From an uncultured Deinococcales bacterium (GTDB lineage: Bacteria > Deinococcota > Deinococci > Deinococcales > JAAFIG01): a stretch of DNA of 14,608 nt. The position numbers and the translations under genes were made by a program. This document shows, piece after piece, positions 1 to 7,350 of this stretch. The notes beneath the pieces are model-generated. The model was given only the letters and a program-made list of their open reading frames with translations. It was not told the origin of the DNA and did no database searches. Every line of letters begins with the position of its first letter. Position 1 is the stretch's first letter. The stretch is from NCBI GenBank assembly GCA_964247135.1, contig CAXTTL010000121.1, positions 1 through 14,608 on the forward strand, written 5' to 3'.

Positions 1-72
1 GTGTTATTTAAAAAAGTACGAGGTCACTTGCATGTGCATAAAGTCTAACGGGGGCAATGTTCGGAAGTCAAA

Positions 73-882
73 TTATTCGTCGTCTTGGAATTCATCGTCA
101 ACGCGGTTGGCTTCAACCAGTTTGCGTGCTCGAGCGTTTTGGCGCACTGCAACTCCTGAGAGTAAAATACCAATTTCGTAGAGCACCACGAGCGGTACTG
201 CCATCATGGACATGTTCACCAGGTCTGTGGTCGGTGTCAAAATGGCGCTCGCGGCGAAGATCGCAAAAATCGCGTAACGGCGGATGCTCGAGAGGAATTT
301 AGGATTGACCAAACCAATTTTCGAGAGCAAGTACATCGTGATCGGTAATTCAAATACCAGACCAAAAATGCCGAGGTACATCAAAATATCGCCGATGTAA
401 TCGGCAATCGTTAACTGGGTCGCCACGCCTTCTAAAAATCCACCGCCGAGCAAGAACTGTACGGCATAAGGCAAAATCACATAGTAAGCGAACGCAACGC
501 CCAGACCGAACGACAGTCCGACGCCCAGAATGAACGGTCCACCCCAGCGGCGCTCAGCTTTGGTCAACCCAGGAGCGACGAAAGCCCAAACCTGATAGAC
601 GATGAATGGTAGCGCCAACACGATGCCACCGAACAGCGAAATTTGCAGGGCGGTGGTCAATTGATCGGTCAGGCGCAAGGCGATAATTTCGCCCTTGCCG
701 CCGGTGGCGATGAAAGAGTTAAACGGGGCTTTCAGCAGTTTGAACAATTGGTTGTGATACGCCCAAGCCACACCAGAACCAATCGCCCAGAATACGACAG
801 CGTAAATCAGCCTCAGCCGAAGTTCCTCGAGGTGCGCTAAAAGCGGTGCTTCTTTGAAGCCTGAGTCCGAGTTGCTGTCCAT
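73..882 (-). CDS. tatC: Twin-arginine translocase subunit TatC
   Basis: 269-aa multi-pass membrane protein. It has the TatC motifs PLLAHLEELRLRL, YQVWAFVAPGLTKAERR, FGLVFELP and RRYAI...AILTPTTD, and lies directly downstream of tatA. Confidence 0.97.
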   Translation of the reverse strand: MDSNSDSGFKEAPLLAHLEELRLRLIYAVVFWAIGSGVAWAYHNQLFKLLKAPFNSFIATGGKGEIIALRLTDQLTTALQISLFGGIVLALPFIVYQVWAFVAPGLTKAERRWGGPFILGVGLSFGLGVAFAYYVILPYAVQFLLGGGFLEGVATQLTIADYIGDILMYLGIFGLVFELPITMYLLSKIGLVNPKFLSSIRRYAIFAIFAASAILTPTTDLVNMSMMAVPLVVLYEIGILLSGVAVRQNARARKLVEANRVDDEFQDDE

Positions 883-891
883 GATTTAGAC

Positions 892-1098
892 TTAAGCTTC
901 GGTTTTTTGCTTGGCTGGAGTCGCCACGGGTTCGTCTTTGAATGAACTCTCGAGTTCGCCAGTCAGTTCTTTACTGGCTTTCTTGAATTCGCGGATGCCC
1001 TTGCCCAAGCCCTTGCCGATCTCTGGCAGGCGGTTTGCGCCGAACAAAATGAGTGCCACGACGAGAAGTCCGATAATTTCTGGTGCGCCTAAGTTCAT
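892..1098 (-). CDS. tatA: Twin-arginine translocase subunit TatA/TatE family
   Basis: 68 aa: one TM helix, an [24 protein letters not shown] hinge plus amphipathic helix, and a charged tail. Shine-Dalgarno GGAGG lies at 1105-1109 on the - strand. Confidence 0.96.
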   Translation of the reverse strand: MNLGAPEIIGLLVVALILFGANRLPEIGKGLGKGIREFKKASKELTGELESSFKDEPVATPAKQKTEA

Positions 1099-1325
1099 GA
1101 TTGACCTCCATCTCGAGGCTGGCTCGAGGAACTAGATTTCTGAGATACGTGGTTCGCTGTTCCTGGGTTCAGGGTACACCTTTTTCCCTGGTTTGATGCA
1201 ACATTTATCCCTTTTGTTCCAGGGGTTGTCTCGCGTTCATTCTGAAACGATTAGCTGAACGGTGGCTGAACGAATACACCCGAGGTTTGAAGTTTATTCA
1301 GGTGCGCTGAGTGTGGTGTTTGTAA

Positions 1326-1331
1326 TAGTCT
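1326..1331 (+). promoter_or_regulatory. Putative -10 element (TAGTCT) of a leaderless pgm transcript
   Basis: TANNNT hexamer 6 nt upstream of ATG 1338, with no Shine-Dalgarno sequence. The same arrangement recurs at other genes in the window. Confidence 0.6.
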
Positions 1332-1337
1332 GTTGGT

Positions 1338-2984
1338 ATGTCACGATCACCTCTTGCCGGATTACCGGCGCCGCACTCGATGCTCGAGAATATTTCACGG
1401 CTCGTTACTGGTTATTACGCGCTAAAACCAGATTTGGATGACATTGCGCAAACCGTGGCGTTTGGCACGTCCGGGCATCGCGGCTCGAGTGCAAAGGGGT
1501 CTTTTAACGAGGATCACATTGCCGCGATCTCGCAGGCGGTCGCCGAGTACCGATTTTCGCAAGGCATTACCGGAAAATTGTTCATGGGCATGGACACCCA
1601 TGCGCTATCCGAACCCGCCTGGGTCACGGCGCTAGAGGTGCTGGTGGGGAACGGGGTGCAGGTTTGCGTCGATCAAAACCGTGGATACACGCCGACACCT
1701 TTGGTTTCTCATGCCATCTTGGGCGCGAACAAAAACTCGAGCATCAAATCCGACGGCATCGTCATCACGCCCAGCCACAACCCGCCGACGGATGGTGGGT
1801 TCAAGTACAACCCGCCGCACGGTGGACCTGCGGACACCAACGCCACCAACGCGATTCAGGCTCGAGCCAACGAACTTCTCAAGCGCAACCTCGAGGGGGT
1901 TAAACGCATACCGTTTGCCAGCGCCTGGACTCAAGCCATCAAGTTCGATTTTGATTCGGCATACGTGAACGATTTGCACAATGTGGTCAATCTCGAGGCA
2001 ATCAAAAACTCGAGCATCCGAATCGGTGTTGATCCGCTCGGTGGCTCGAGCCTTAAAGTCTGGGAATTGATTCGGGATGTCTTAAACATCAAGCTCGAGA
2101 TCGTGAACGACCGTATCGATGCCGCTTTTGGTTTTATGACCGTGGACAAGGATGGCAAGATTCGCATGGATTGCTCGAGTCCAGACGCAATGGCGAGCCT
2201 GATCAAGCTCAAAGACCATTTTGACGTGGCAATTGGCAATGACCCCGACGCCGACCGTCACGGCATTGTCACACCGACAGGTCTCATGAACCCGAACCAT
2301 TATCTGGCGGTCTGCATCAATTATTTGTTCCAAAATCGCCCCAATTGGAACTCGAGCATGGGTGTGGGCAAAACCCTGGTCTCGAGCAGCCTGATTGACC
2401 GTGTGGTGGCGAGGCTCGGGCGGAATTTGCTCGAGGTTCCGGTCGGTTTTAAATACTTTGTGCCAGGTTTAGCCAGCGGCACCATCGGTTTCGGCGGCGA
2501 GGAAAGCGCCGGCGCGAGCTTCGAGCGTTTTGACGGTACGGCTTGGAGCACCGACAAGGACGGCATCATTTTGGGTTTGCTGGCGGCAGAAATCACTGCC
2601 GTCACGGGCAAAACCCCAGACCTGCACTACCTTGCCCTCGAGCAAGAATTTGGCGCAAGCGCTTACACCCGCGAGGACGCACCCGCCAGTCGGGAACAGA
2701 AAAAAGTCCTCTCGAGCATGACCCCAGATTTGGTCACGGCGACCGAACTGGCTGGCGAGCCGATCACCGCCAAGTTAACCCGAGCGCCAGGCAACAACGA
2801 ACCGATTGGCGGGTTGAAAGTCTGCACCCAAAATGCCTGGTTCACGGCGCGTCCGAGCGGCACCGAAGAGTTGTACAAGGTTTACGCCGAGAGCTTTTTG
2901 GGGACAGCCCACCTCGAGCGGGTCGTCAGTGAAGCAAAACTCGTGGTCGGTGAAGCCTTTAAAGCGGCTGGACTCGAGTCGTAG
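1338..2984 (+). CDS. pgm: Phosphoglucomutase (alpha-D-glucose-phosphate-specific)
   Basis: 548 aa with FGTSGHRG, catalytic TPSHNP, metal-binding DPDADRHG, sugar-binding GEESAG and ARPSGTE motifs. Confidence 0.97.
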   Translation: MSRSPLAGLPAPHSMLENISRLVTGYYALKPDLDDIAQTVAFGTSGHRGSSAKGSFNEDHIAAISQAVAEYRFSQGITGKLFMGMDTHALSEPAWVTALEVLVGNGVQVCVDQNRGYTPTPLVSHAILGANKNSSIKSDGIVITPSHNPPTDGGFKYNPPHGGPADTNATNAIQARANELLKRNLEGVKRIPFASAWTQAIKFDFDSAYVNDLHNVVNLEAIKNSSIRIGVDPLGGSSLKVWELIRDVLNIKLEIVNDRIDAAFGFMTVDKDGKIRMDCSSPDAMASLIKLKDHFDVAIGNDPDADRHGIVTPTGLMNPNHYLAVCINYLFQNRPNWNSSMGVGKTLVSSSLIDRVVARLGRNLLEVPVGFKYFVPGLASGTIGFGGEESAGASFERFDGTAWSTDKDGIILGLLAAEITAVTGKTPDLHYLALEQEFGASAYTREDAPASREQKKVLSSMTPDLVTATELAGEPITAKLTRAPGNNEPIGGLKVCTQNAWFTARPSGTEELYKVYAESFLGTAHLERVVSEAKLVVGEAFKAAGLES

Positions 2985-3038
2985 GTTTGAAATGAGATTT
3001 GTTGGTTTTCAACATCTCACGGTAGACTCGCGCATCTT

Positions 3039-3647
3039 ATGCGTGTGATTCTCGCCACCAGCAGTGCAGGCAAACTCCTCGAGTTTAAAGAGGGTTTAAG
3101 TCCTTTGGCGTGGGAATTGCTCGGTTTGGACCAATTTGAGGTCACCATGCCGCCCGAAGACGGCGCGACCTACGAAGAAAACGCCATGATCAAAGCCGCC
3201 AGCATTTCTCTGGCGACCAAAATGGTCGCCCTGGCAGACGACTCAGGACTCGAGGTCGAGGCTTTAAACGGTGCGCCTGGAGTCTACAGCGCCAGGTTTG
3301 GCAACAAGAAAACCGATCTCGAGCGCAATCTGCATTTACTCGAGCACATCAAAAACGTGCCGACACCGCGCAAAGCCAAGTTTGTCAGCGTGATTGCGCT
3401 GGCGCACCCCGACGGTTTTGTCGAAAGCTACCGAGGCGAAATTGAGGGTCTGATTCTCGAGGGACCCCGTGGTGAAGCTGGCTTTGGTTACGACCCGTTG
3501 TTTTTGGTCCCAGAATTGGGCAAAACCTTCGCGGAACTGAGCGTCGAAGAAAAACGCAACATCTCGCACCGTGGACGGGCGCTCGAGGCGTTGCTGCTCG
3601 CGTACAAATCAGGCAATCCACGCCGCGAAGTCAGCAAACTCGAGTAG
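3039..3647 (+). CDS. rdgB: Non-canonical purine NTP pyrophosphatase (dITP/XTP pyrophosphatase, RdgB/HAM1 family)
   Basis: 202 aa with LATSSAGK, ENAMIKA, ADDSGLEVEALNGAPGVYSARF, GFGYDPLF and the C-terminal SHRGRA signature. Confidence 0.96.
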   Translation: MRVILATSSAGKLLEFKEGLSPLAWELLGLDQFEVTMPPEDGATYEENAMIKAASISLATKMVALADDSGLEVEALNGAPGVYSARFGNKKTDLERNLHLLEHIKNVPTPRKAKFVSVIALAHPDGFVESYRGEIEGLILEGPRGEAGFGYDPLFLVPELGKTFAELSVEEKRNISHRGRALEALLLAYKSGNPRREVSKLE

Positions 3648-3697
3648 GGTGCGCCTCGCGCACCGAGTCGTCAATTCAAGCGGTACGCGAGGCGCAC
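3644..3697. repeat. GTAG-type REP doublet, partly degenerate
   Basis: GTAG-GGTGCGC-CTC-GCGCACC-G at 3644-3665, then an inverted partial copy CGGTACGCGAGGCGCAC at 3681-3697 (one mismatch, GTAG end lost). Same family as the element at 8967-9024. Confidence 0.75.
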
Positions 3698-3830
3698 TGC
3701 AAAAACTTAGGTGCTGCCATCCAAACCCTAACATCTCACTATTGTCATGAGCGCGTTATCACCTGCCTTTCACGGCTCGCTCGAGTTTATGAACTAGACT
3801 TTTTAAAATCAGGTTTCAAAGGAGTCGCGC

Positions 3831-5585
3831 ATGGGTGATCTCGAGTCAGGTCAGAAAGACGTTTTAGAAACTTCAATCCCCGAACCCGTCGCCGTTCCCG
3901 TAAATTCGAGGCGCAAGTTTTTACGCGCCGGCGGGGCGTTGGCGGTCACGGCGGCGGTCATTGCGGGCGCTCGGGAAGCCGAGGCGAATTTGCGGGGTTT
4001 CTCGAGCGACGCGAAGCCTCAAAAACCACTTTTGAACACCAGAAAAACCGGAAAGCCCGCGATTCCTGTGCTCGAGATCGTGGTGTTCAACCGCCTTGCC
4101 TTCGGCTGGCGTCCGGGCGATCTGGAGGCGTTTCGCAAATTGCCGGGCAGCAATGGCGAAAAACTGCGCTCATGGCTCGAGGTTCAATTGAATCCAGAAA
4201 AAATGGAGGACAAACTCTGCGATTCCAAACTTGCCAACCTCGAATCGCTCAACAAGCCGCTGGAGGTCGCCTGGGCGGATTATTACAAAAATCTGGACGA
4301 CAAAGACGAGAAAAAATACCAGAAAATGGGCATCCCGACGCTCGAGGCGCGGCTTGCCACGATCACGCGGATGGTCTTCAGTAAGCGCCAGTTGCTCGAG
4401 GTGATGGTCGACTTCTGGCACAACCATTTTAACGTTCATCCCGAACGCGACGACTCGATTCGCCCAACTTTCATGGGTTACGACCGCGATGTGATTCGCG
4501 CCAACGCCTTCGGCAATTTTCGGGTCATGCTCGAGGCGGTCGCCAAACACCCCGCCATGCTGCGATACCTCGACAATGCCTCGAGCAACCGCGCGGGACC
4601 GAACGAAAATTATGCCCGAGAACTCTTCGAGTTGCACACCTTGGGCGCGGAAAATTACCGTGGCGTTGGGCGTCAACGCGACGTGGCGGGGTATGTCCAG
4701 GGGCAGCCCGAAGCTTACGTTGATGACGACGTTTACGAGGCGACAAGGTGTTTTACGGGCTGGCGGATCGACGACAATACCGATGAGCCAGGATTTAGCA
4801 ACACGGGCGAGTTTGCCTTTTTTCAACCCTGGCACGACCGCTTTCAAAAAACCGTGCTCGGACGTTACCTGCCGCCCGATCAGCCCGGCACCAAAGACGG
4901 TCAGGACGTGCTCGATGCGCTGGCGGCACACCCTGGTACGGCGCGGTACATTGCCCGAAAACTGACCCGACGCTTGATTTCGGACAAGCCCCCGCAAACC
5001 GTGATCGATGCCGCCGCCAAAGCCTTTCTCGAGCACAAAGACGCGCCAGATCAAATGAAATTTGTCATTCGCAGCATTGTTTTATCCAAAGAATTCTCGA
5101 GCACCTGGTCTGAGAAAATCAAACGTCCGCTCGAGCGTTTTGTCAGTGGTTTGAGGATTCTCGAGACGGACATCAAATTAAACGAGGACATGCTCTGGAC
5201 GACCTATTACCTGGGGCAAGCCCTGTTCGATCATCGTCCGCCCGACGGTTACCCAGATTTCCGTGAGGCGTGGGCGTCCAGCTCTGGTTTGCTGCGAACT
5301 TGGCAATTTATGAACGGCATCGCCCAGGATTGGGACGACAAATACAAATCTGAAGTTTTGAAAACCAACGCCAATCGCCGCAAACCTATTGAAATCACCG
5401 ATTTTTGGCTCGAGCGATTGCTGGGACGCAAACCCCATCCGCTAGAGATTCGAGATGATCTGATCAAATTCTTGGCGGACAATGGTGATCCAAACGTTGA
5501 GATCGGCGACGACGAAGCCCTCAAATGGCGGGTTCAGAGCATTGTCGGCTTTATTTTGATGGGTCCAGACTTCATGTGGAAATAA
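3831..5585 (+). CDS. DUF1800-family protein with Tat signal peptide
   Basis: 584 aa. Motifs recognised by eye: RLAFG, QLLEVMVDFWHNHF, YLDN, PNENYARELFELHTLG, ATRCFTGW and HPGTARYIARKL. The N-terminus has SRRKFL, a hydrophobic stretch and AEA. SD AAGGAG at 3819-3824. Confidence 0.85.
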   Translation: MGDLESGQKDVLETSIPEPVAVPVNSRRKFLRAGGALAVTAAVIAGAREAEANLRGFSSDAKPQKPLLNTRKTGKPAIPVLEIVVFNRLAFGWRPGDLEAFRKLPGSNGEKLRSWLEVQLNPEKMEDKLCDSKLANLESLNKPLEVAWADYYKNLDDKDEKKYQKMGIPTLEARLATITRMVFSKRQLLEVMVDFWHNHFNVHPERDDSIRPTFMGYDRDVIRANAFGNFRVMLEAVAKHPAMLRYLDNASSNRAGPNENYARELFELHTLGAENYRGVGRQRDVAGYVQGQPEAYVDDDVYEATRCFTGWRIDDNTDEPGFSNTGEFAFFQPWHDRFQKTVLGRYLPPDQPGTKDGQDVLDALAAHPGTARYIARKLTRRLISDKPPQTVIDAAAKAFLEHKDAPDQMKFVIRSIVLSKEFSSTWSEKIKRPLERFVSGLRILETDIKLNEDMLWTTYYLGQALFDHRPPDGYPDFREAWASSSGLLRTWQFMNGIAQDWDDKYKSEVLKTNANRRKPIEITDFWLERLLGRKPHPLEIRDDLIKFLADNGDPNVEIGDDEALKWRVQSIVGFILMGPDFMWK

Positions 5586-5593
5586 GGAGCGCC

Positions 5594-6841
5594 ATGCAAC
5601 ACATCAACCGCCGCGAATTTATGATGGGCTGCTCGGCAGCCATCGCCGCCATGACGGGTTCCAAACTCTCGAGCGTCGCACTTGCCGAAGCGACGGGTTC
5701 ACAAACGCTGGTGACCGTTTTTCTGCGGGGTGGCTGGGATGCCCTGTCGGTGCTGCCGCCACTGGACGGCAAAGACCGAGGCTATTACGAAGCCGCCCGT
5801 CCAACCCTCAAAGTTCCCGTCAAAGGCGACAACAAGGCACTCGATTTAAATGCCCAACTCGGTTTGCATCCCTCGCTGGCGCCACTGTTTGAACTCTACC
5901 AGGCAGGTCATTTGGCGGTCATTCCCGCCACCGGAATGCCGAGCAACACCCGTTCGCATTTTGACGCCCAAGAGTACCTCGAGCTTGGCACGCCCGACGC
6001 CCGCACCAGCCCGAGCGGTTGGGTGACACGTTTTTTGACGGGCACAAAATCGGGTAATGTTGCCGATTTACTCTCCGAAAGTTTATCGCTGAACGACGAA
6101 TTGCCGACCAGCGTGCGCGGCAACCTGAAAGCGGTGGGATTCCCAAGTTTTGACGGTTTTCAACTGGCGGACGACGCCGAGTACCGCAAATTTTTGGGCA
6201 ACGCCTTGACCCGACTCTGGGACGGCGACCAATGGTTGCAACAGGCGGGAATGACCGCGCTTCGGGCGGTGGACACGATCACCAAAATCAATTCGGGCGA
6301 GTACAAACCCGCAGGTGACGCCAAATACCCTGACGACAGCGAGTTCTCCAAGAGCCTGCAAACCCTGGCTCGGGTCATGAAGGCAGGACTTGGCGTTCGG
6401 GCTGCGACCGTGGACTTGGGTGGTTGGGACACGCATCAATACCAGGGCGAAAAAGCCCAAGGTTATTTTGGTAACTTGCTCTCCGAACTGGCTCGAGGTT
6501 TGGCAGCCTTTTTTACCGACTTGGACGGTTTGCGCTCGAGTACCACGGTGGTTGTGATGTCCGAATTTGGACGGCGCTTGGACGAGAACGCCAGTTTTGG
6601 CACAGACCACGGTCATGGCAGCGCCATGTTGGTTTTGGGTGGCAGCGTTGCAGGTGGCAAGGTTTACGGCAAATTCCCAGGACTTGCGCCCGACCAACTG
6701 TACGACCGCGCCGATCTGGCAGTCACCACCGATTACCGCACGGTGTTGCTCGAGGTGATGCAAAAACGGTTTGGACTGAAAAATTCGCTGGATGTGTTTC
6801 CAAACTTTAAGCCAGGTGCAGCGCTCGGCATCATGAAGTAA
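5594..6841 (+). CDS. DUF1501-family protein with Tat signal peptide
   Basis: The start is reassigned to ATG 5594 (MQHINRREFMMG), which follows SD AAGGAG just after the upstream stop, giving 415 aa. Motifs: VFLRGGWDALS, RSHFDAQ, GGWDTH, SEFGR and GTDHGHG. DUF1501 is the usual operon partner of DUF1800. Confidence 0.85.
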   Translation: MQHINRREFMMGCSAAIAAMTGSKLSSVALAEATGSQTLVTVFLRGGWDALSVLPPLDGKDRGYYEAARPTLKVPVKGDNKALDLNAQLGLHPSLAPLFELYQAGHLAVIPATGMPSNTRSHFDAQEYLELGTPDARTSPSGWVTRFLTGTKSGNVADLLSESLSLNDELPTSVRGNLKAVGFPSFDGFQLADDAEYRKFLGNALTRLWDGDQWLQQAGMTALRAVDTITKINSGEYKPAGDAKYPDDSEFSKSLQTLARVMKAGLGVRAATVDLGGWDTHQYQGEKAQGYFGNLLSELARGLAAFFTDLDGLRSSTTVVVMSEFGRRLDENASFGTDHGHGSAMLVLGGSVAGGKVYGKFPGLAPDQLYDRADLAVTTDYRTVLLEVMQKRFGLKNSLDVFPNFKPGAALGIMK

Positions 6842-6844
6842 CCA

Positions 6845-6874
6845 AAAAGCTCGAGTTTTTAAACTCGAGCTTTT
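6845..6874. terminator. Probable bidirectional terminator hairpin between convergent genes
   Basis: Perfect 14-bp inverted repeat AAAAGCTCGAGTTT-TT-AAACTCGAGCTTTT with A/T tracts at both ends, between the stops ending at 6841 (+) and 6885 (-). Confidence 0.7.
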
Positions 6875-6884
6875 AAAATTTGAC

Positions 6885-7151
6885 TTATCGTTTTTTGCCA
6901 ATGCCTGTTGAAAGGTTTTGATCTCGAGCTTCGATTTGGAACGCCCCTGGAACGGGTAAATCTTGCAATTGCTCCAAACTCAGCATTTGCCGCCCCAGCA
7001 TTTCCCAACCAAAACTGGTACGAGCCACCAAGGTCACCTGCACCACGTCGTCATCAAGTCGCTCGAGGATCAATTCTGCCTGCGGACCAAACGCCATGCG
7101 GATGCTGGCTGGTTTTGTCGCCTCGAGTTTGATTTTCGGATGTTGGCTCAT
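6885..7151 (-). CDS. Small hypothetical protein (about 88 aa; start uncertain, alternatives at 7196/7199)
   Basis: Fills the gap between the DUF1501 gene and serA, ends at the shared hairpin and has a globular-looking sequence. A TGn-TAAATT extended -10-like element lies upstream at about 7217-7225 (- strand). No family recognised. Confidence 0.6.
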   Translation of the reverse strand: MSQHPKIKLEATKPASIRMAFGPQAELILERLDDDVVQVTLVARTSFGWEMLGRQMLSLEQLQDLPVPGAFQIEARDQNLSTGIGKKR

Positions 7152-7350
7152 GCTGGTATTTGTGACAGGGCGACTTCGATTTGGCAAGCGTTTCATCATG
7201 AAATGGCGCTCAGACCAATTTAGCACGTTCAAAAATCGCCATGACTTTTTCCGTCACATTGCAAAGCCTTATGCCTTTATTCTCTTCTCATGCTTGACTT
7301 GCCTAGAGCGACCCCTTGTTGGGTTTGTATTTCTTGGGTTAATTTTGGTC

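Noticed and set aside
4-47. TAGACT (42-47, - strand) followed by a tiny ORF (MHMQVTSYFFK)
   Set aside because: It may be the promoter of a gene beyond the left edge. The 9-11 codon ORF cannot be supported from this window.
4170-5054. 294-aa antisense ORF within the DUF1800 gene
   Set aside because: It lies wholly opposite a well-supported gene and has no recognisable motifs, so it is a shadow ORF.
5525-5593. Upstream start of the DUF1501 ORF at 5525
   Set aside because: It overlaps the DUF1800 3' end. ATG 5594 has a Shine-Dalgarno sequence and places the twin-arginine motif at the N-terminus.
6083-6901. 272-aa antisense ORF over the DUF1501 gene
   Set aside because: Shadow ORF that runs through the terminator hairpin and has no family features.
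7096-7350. 85-aa N-terminal extension of SerA in the ORF track
   Set aside because: It has no dehydrogenase-like sequence and overlaps the divergent small ORF and its promoter region. GTG 7351 fits the domain start and has a -10-like element.
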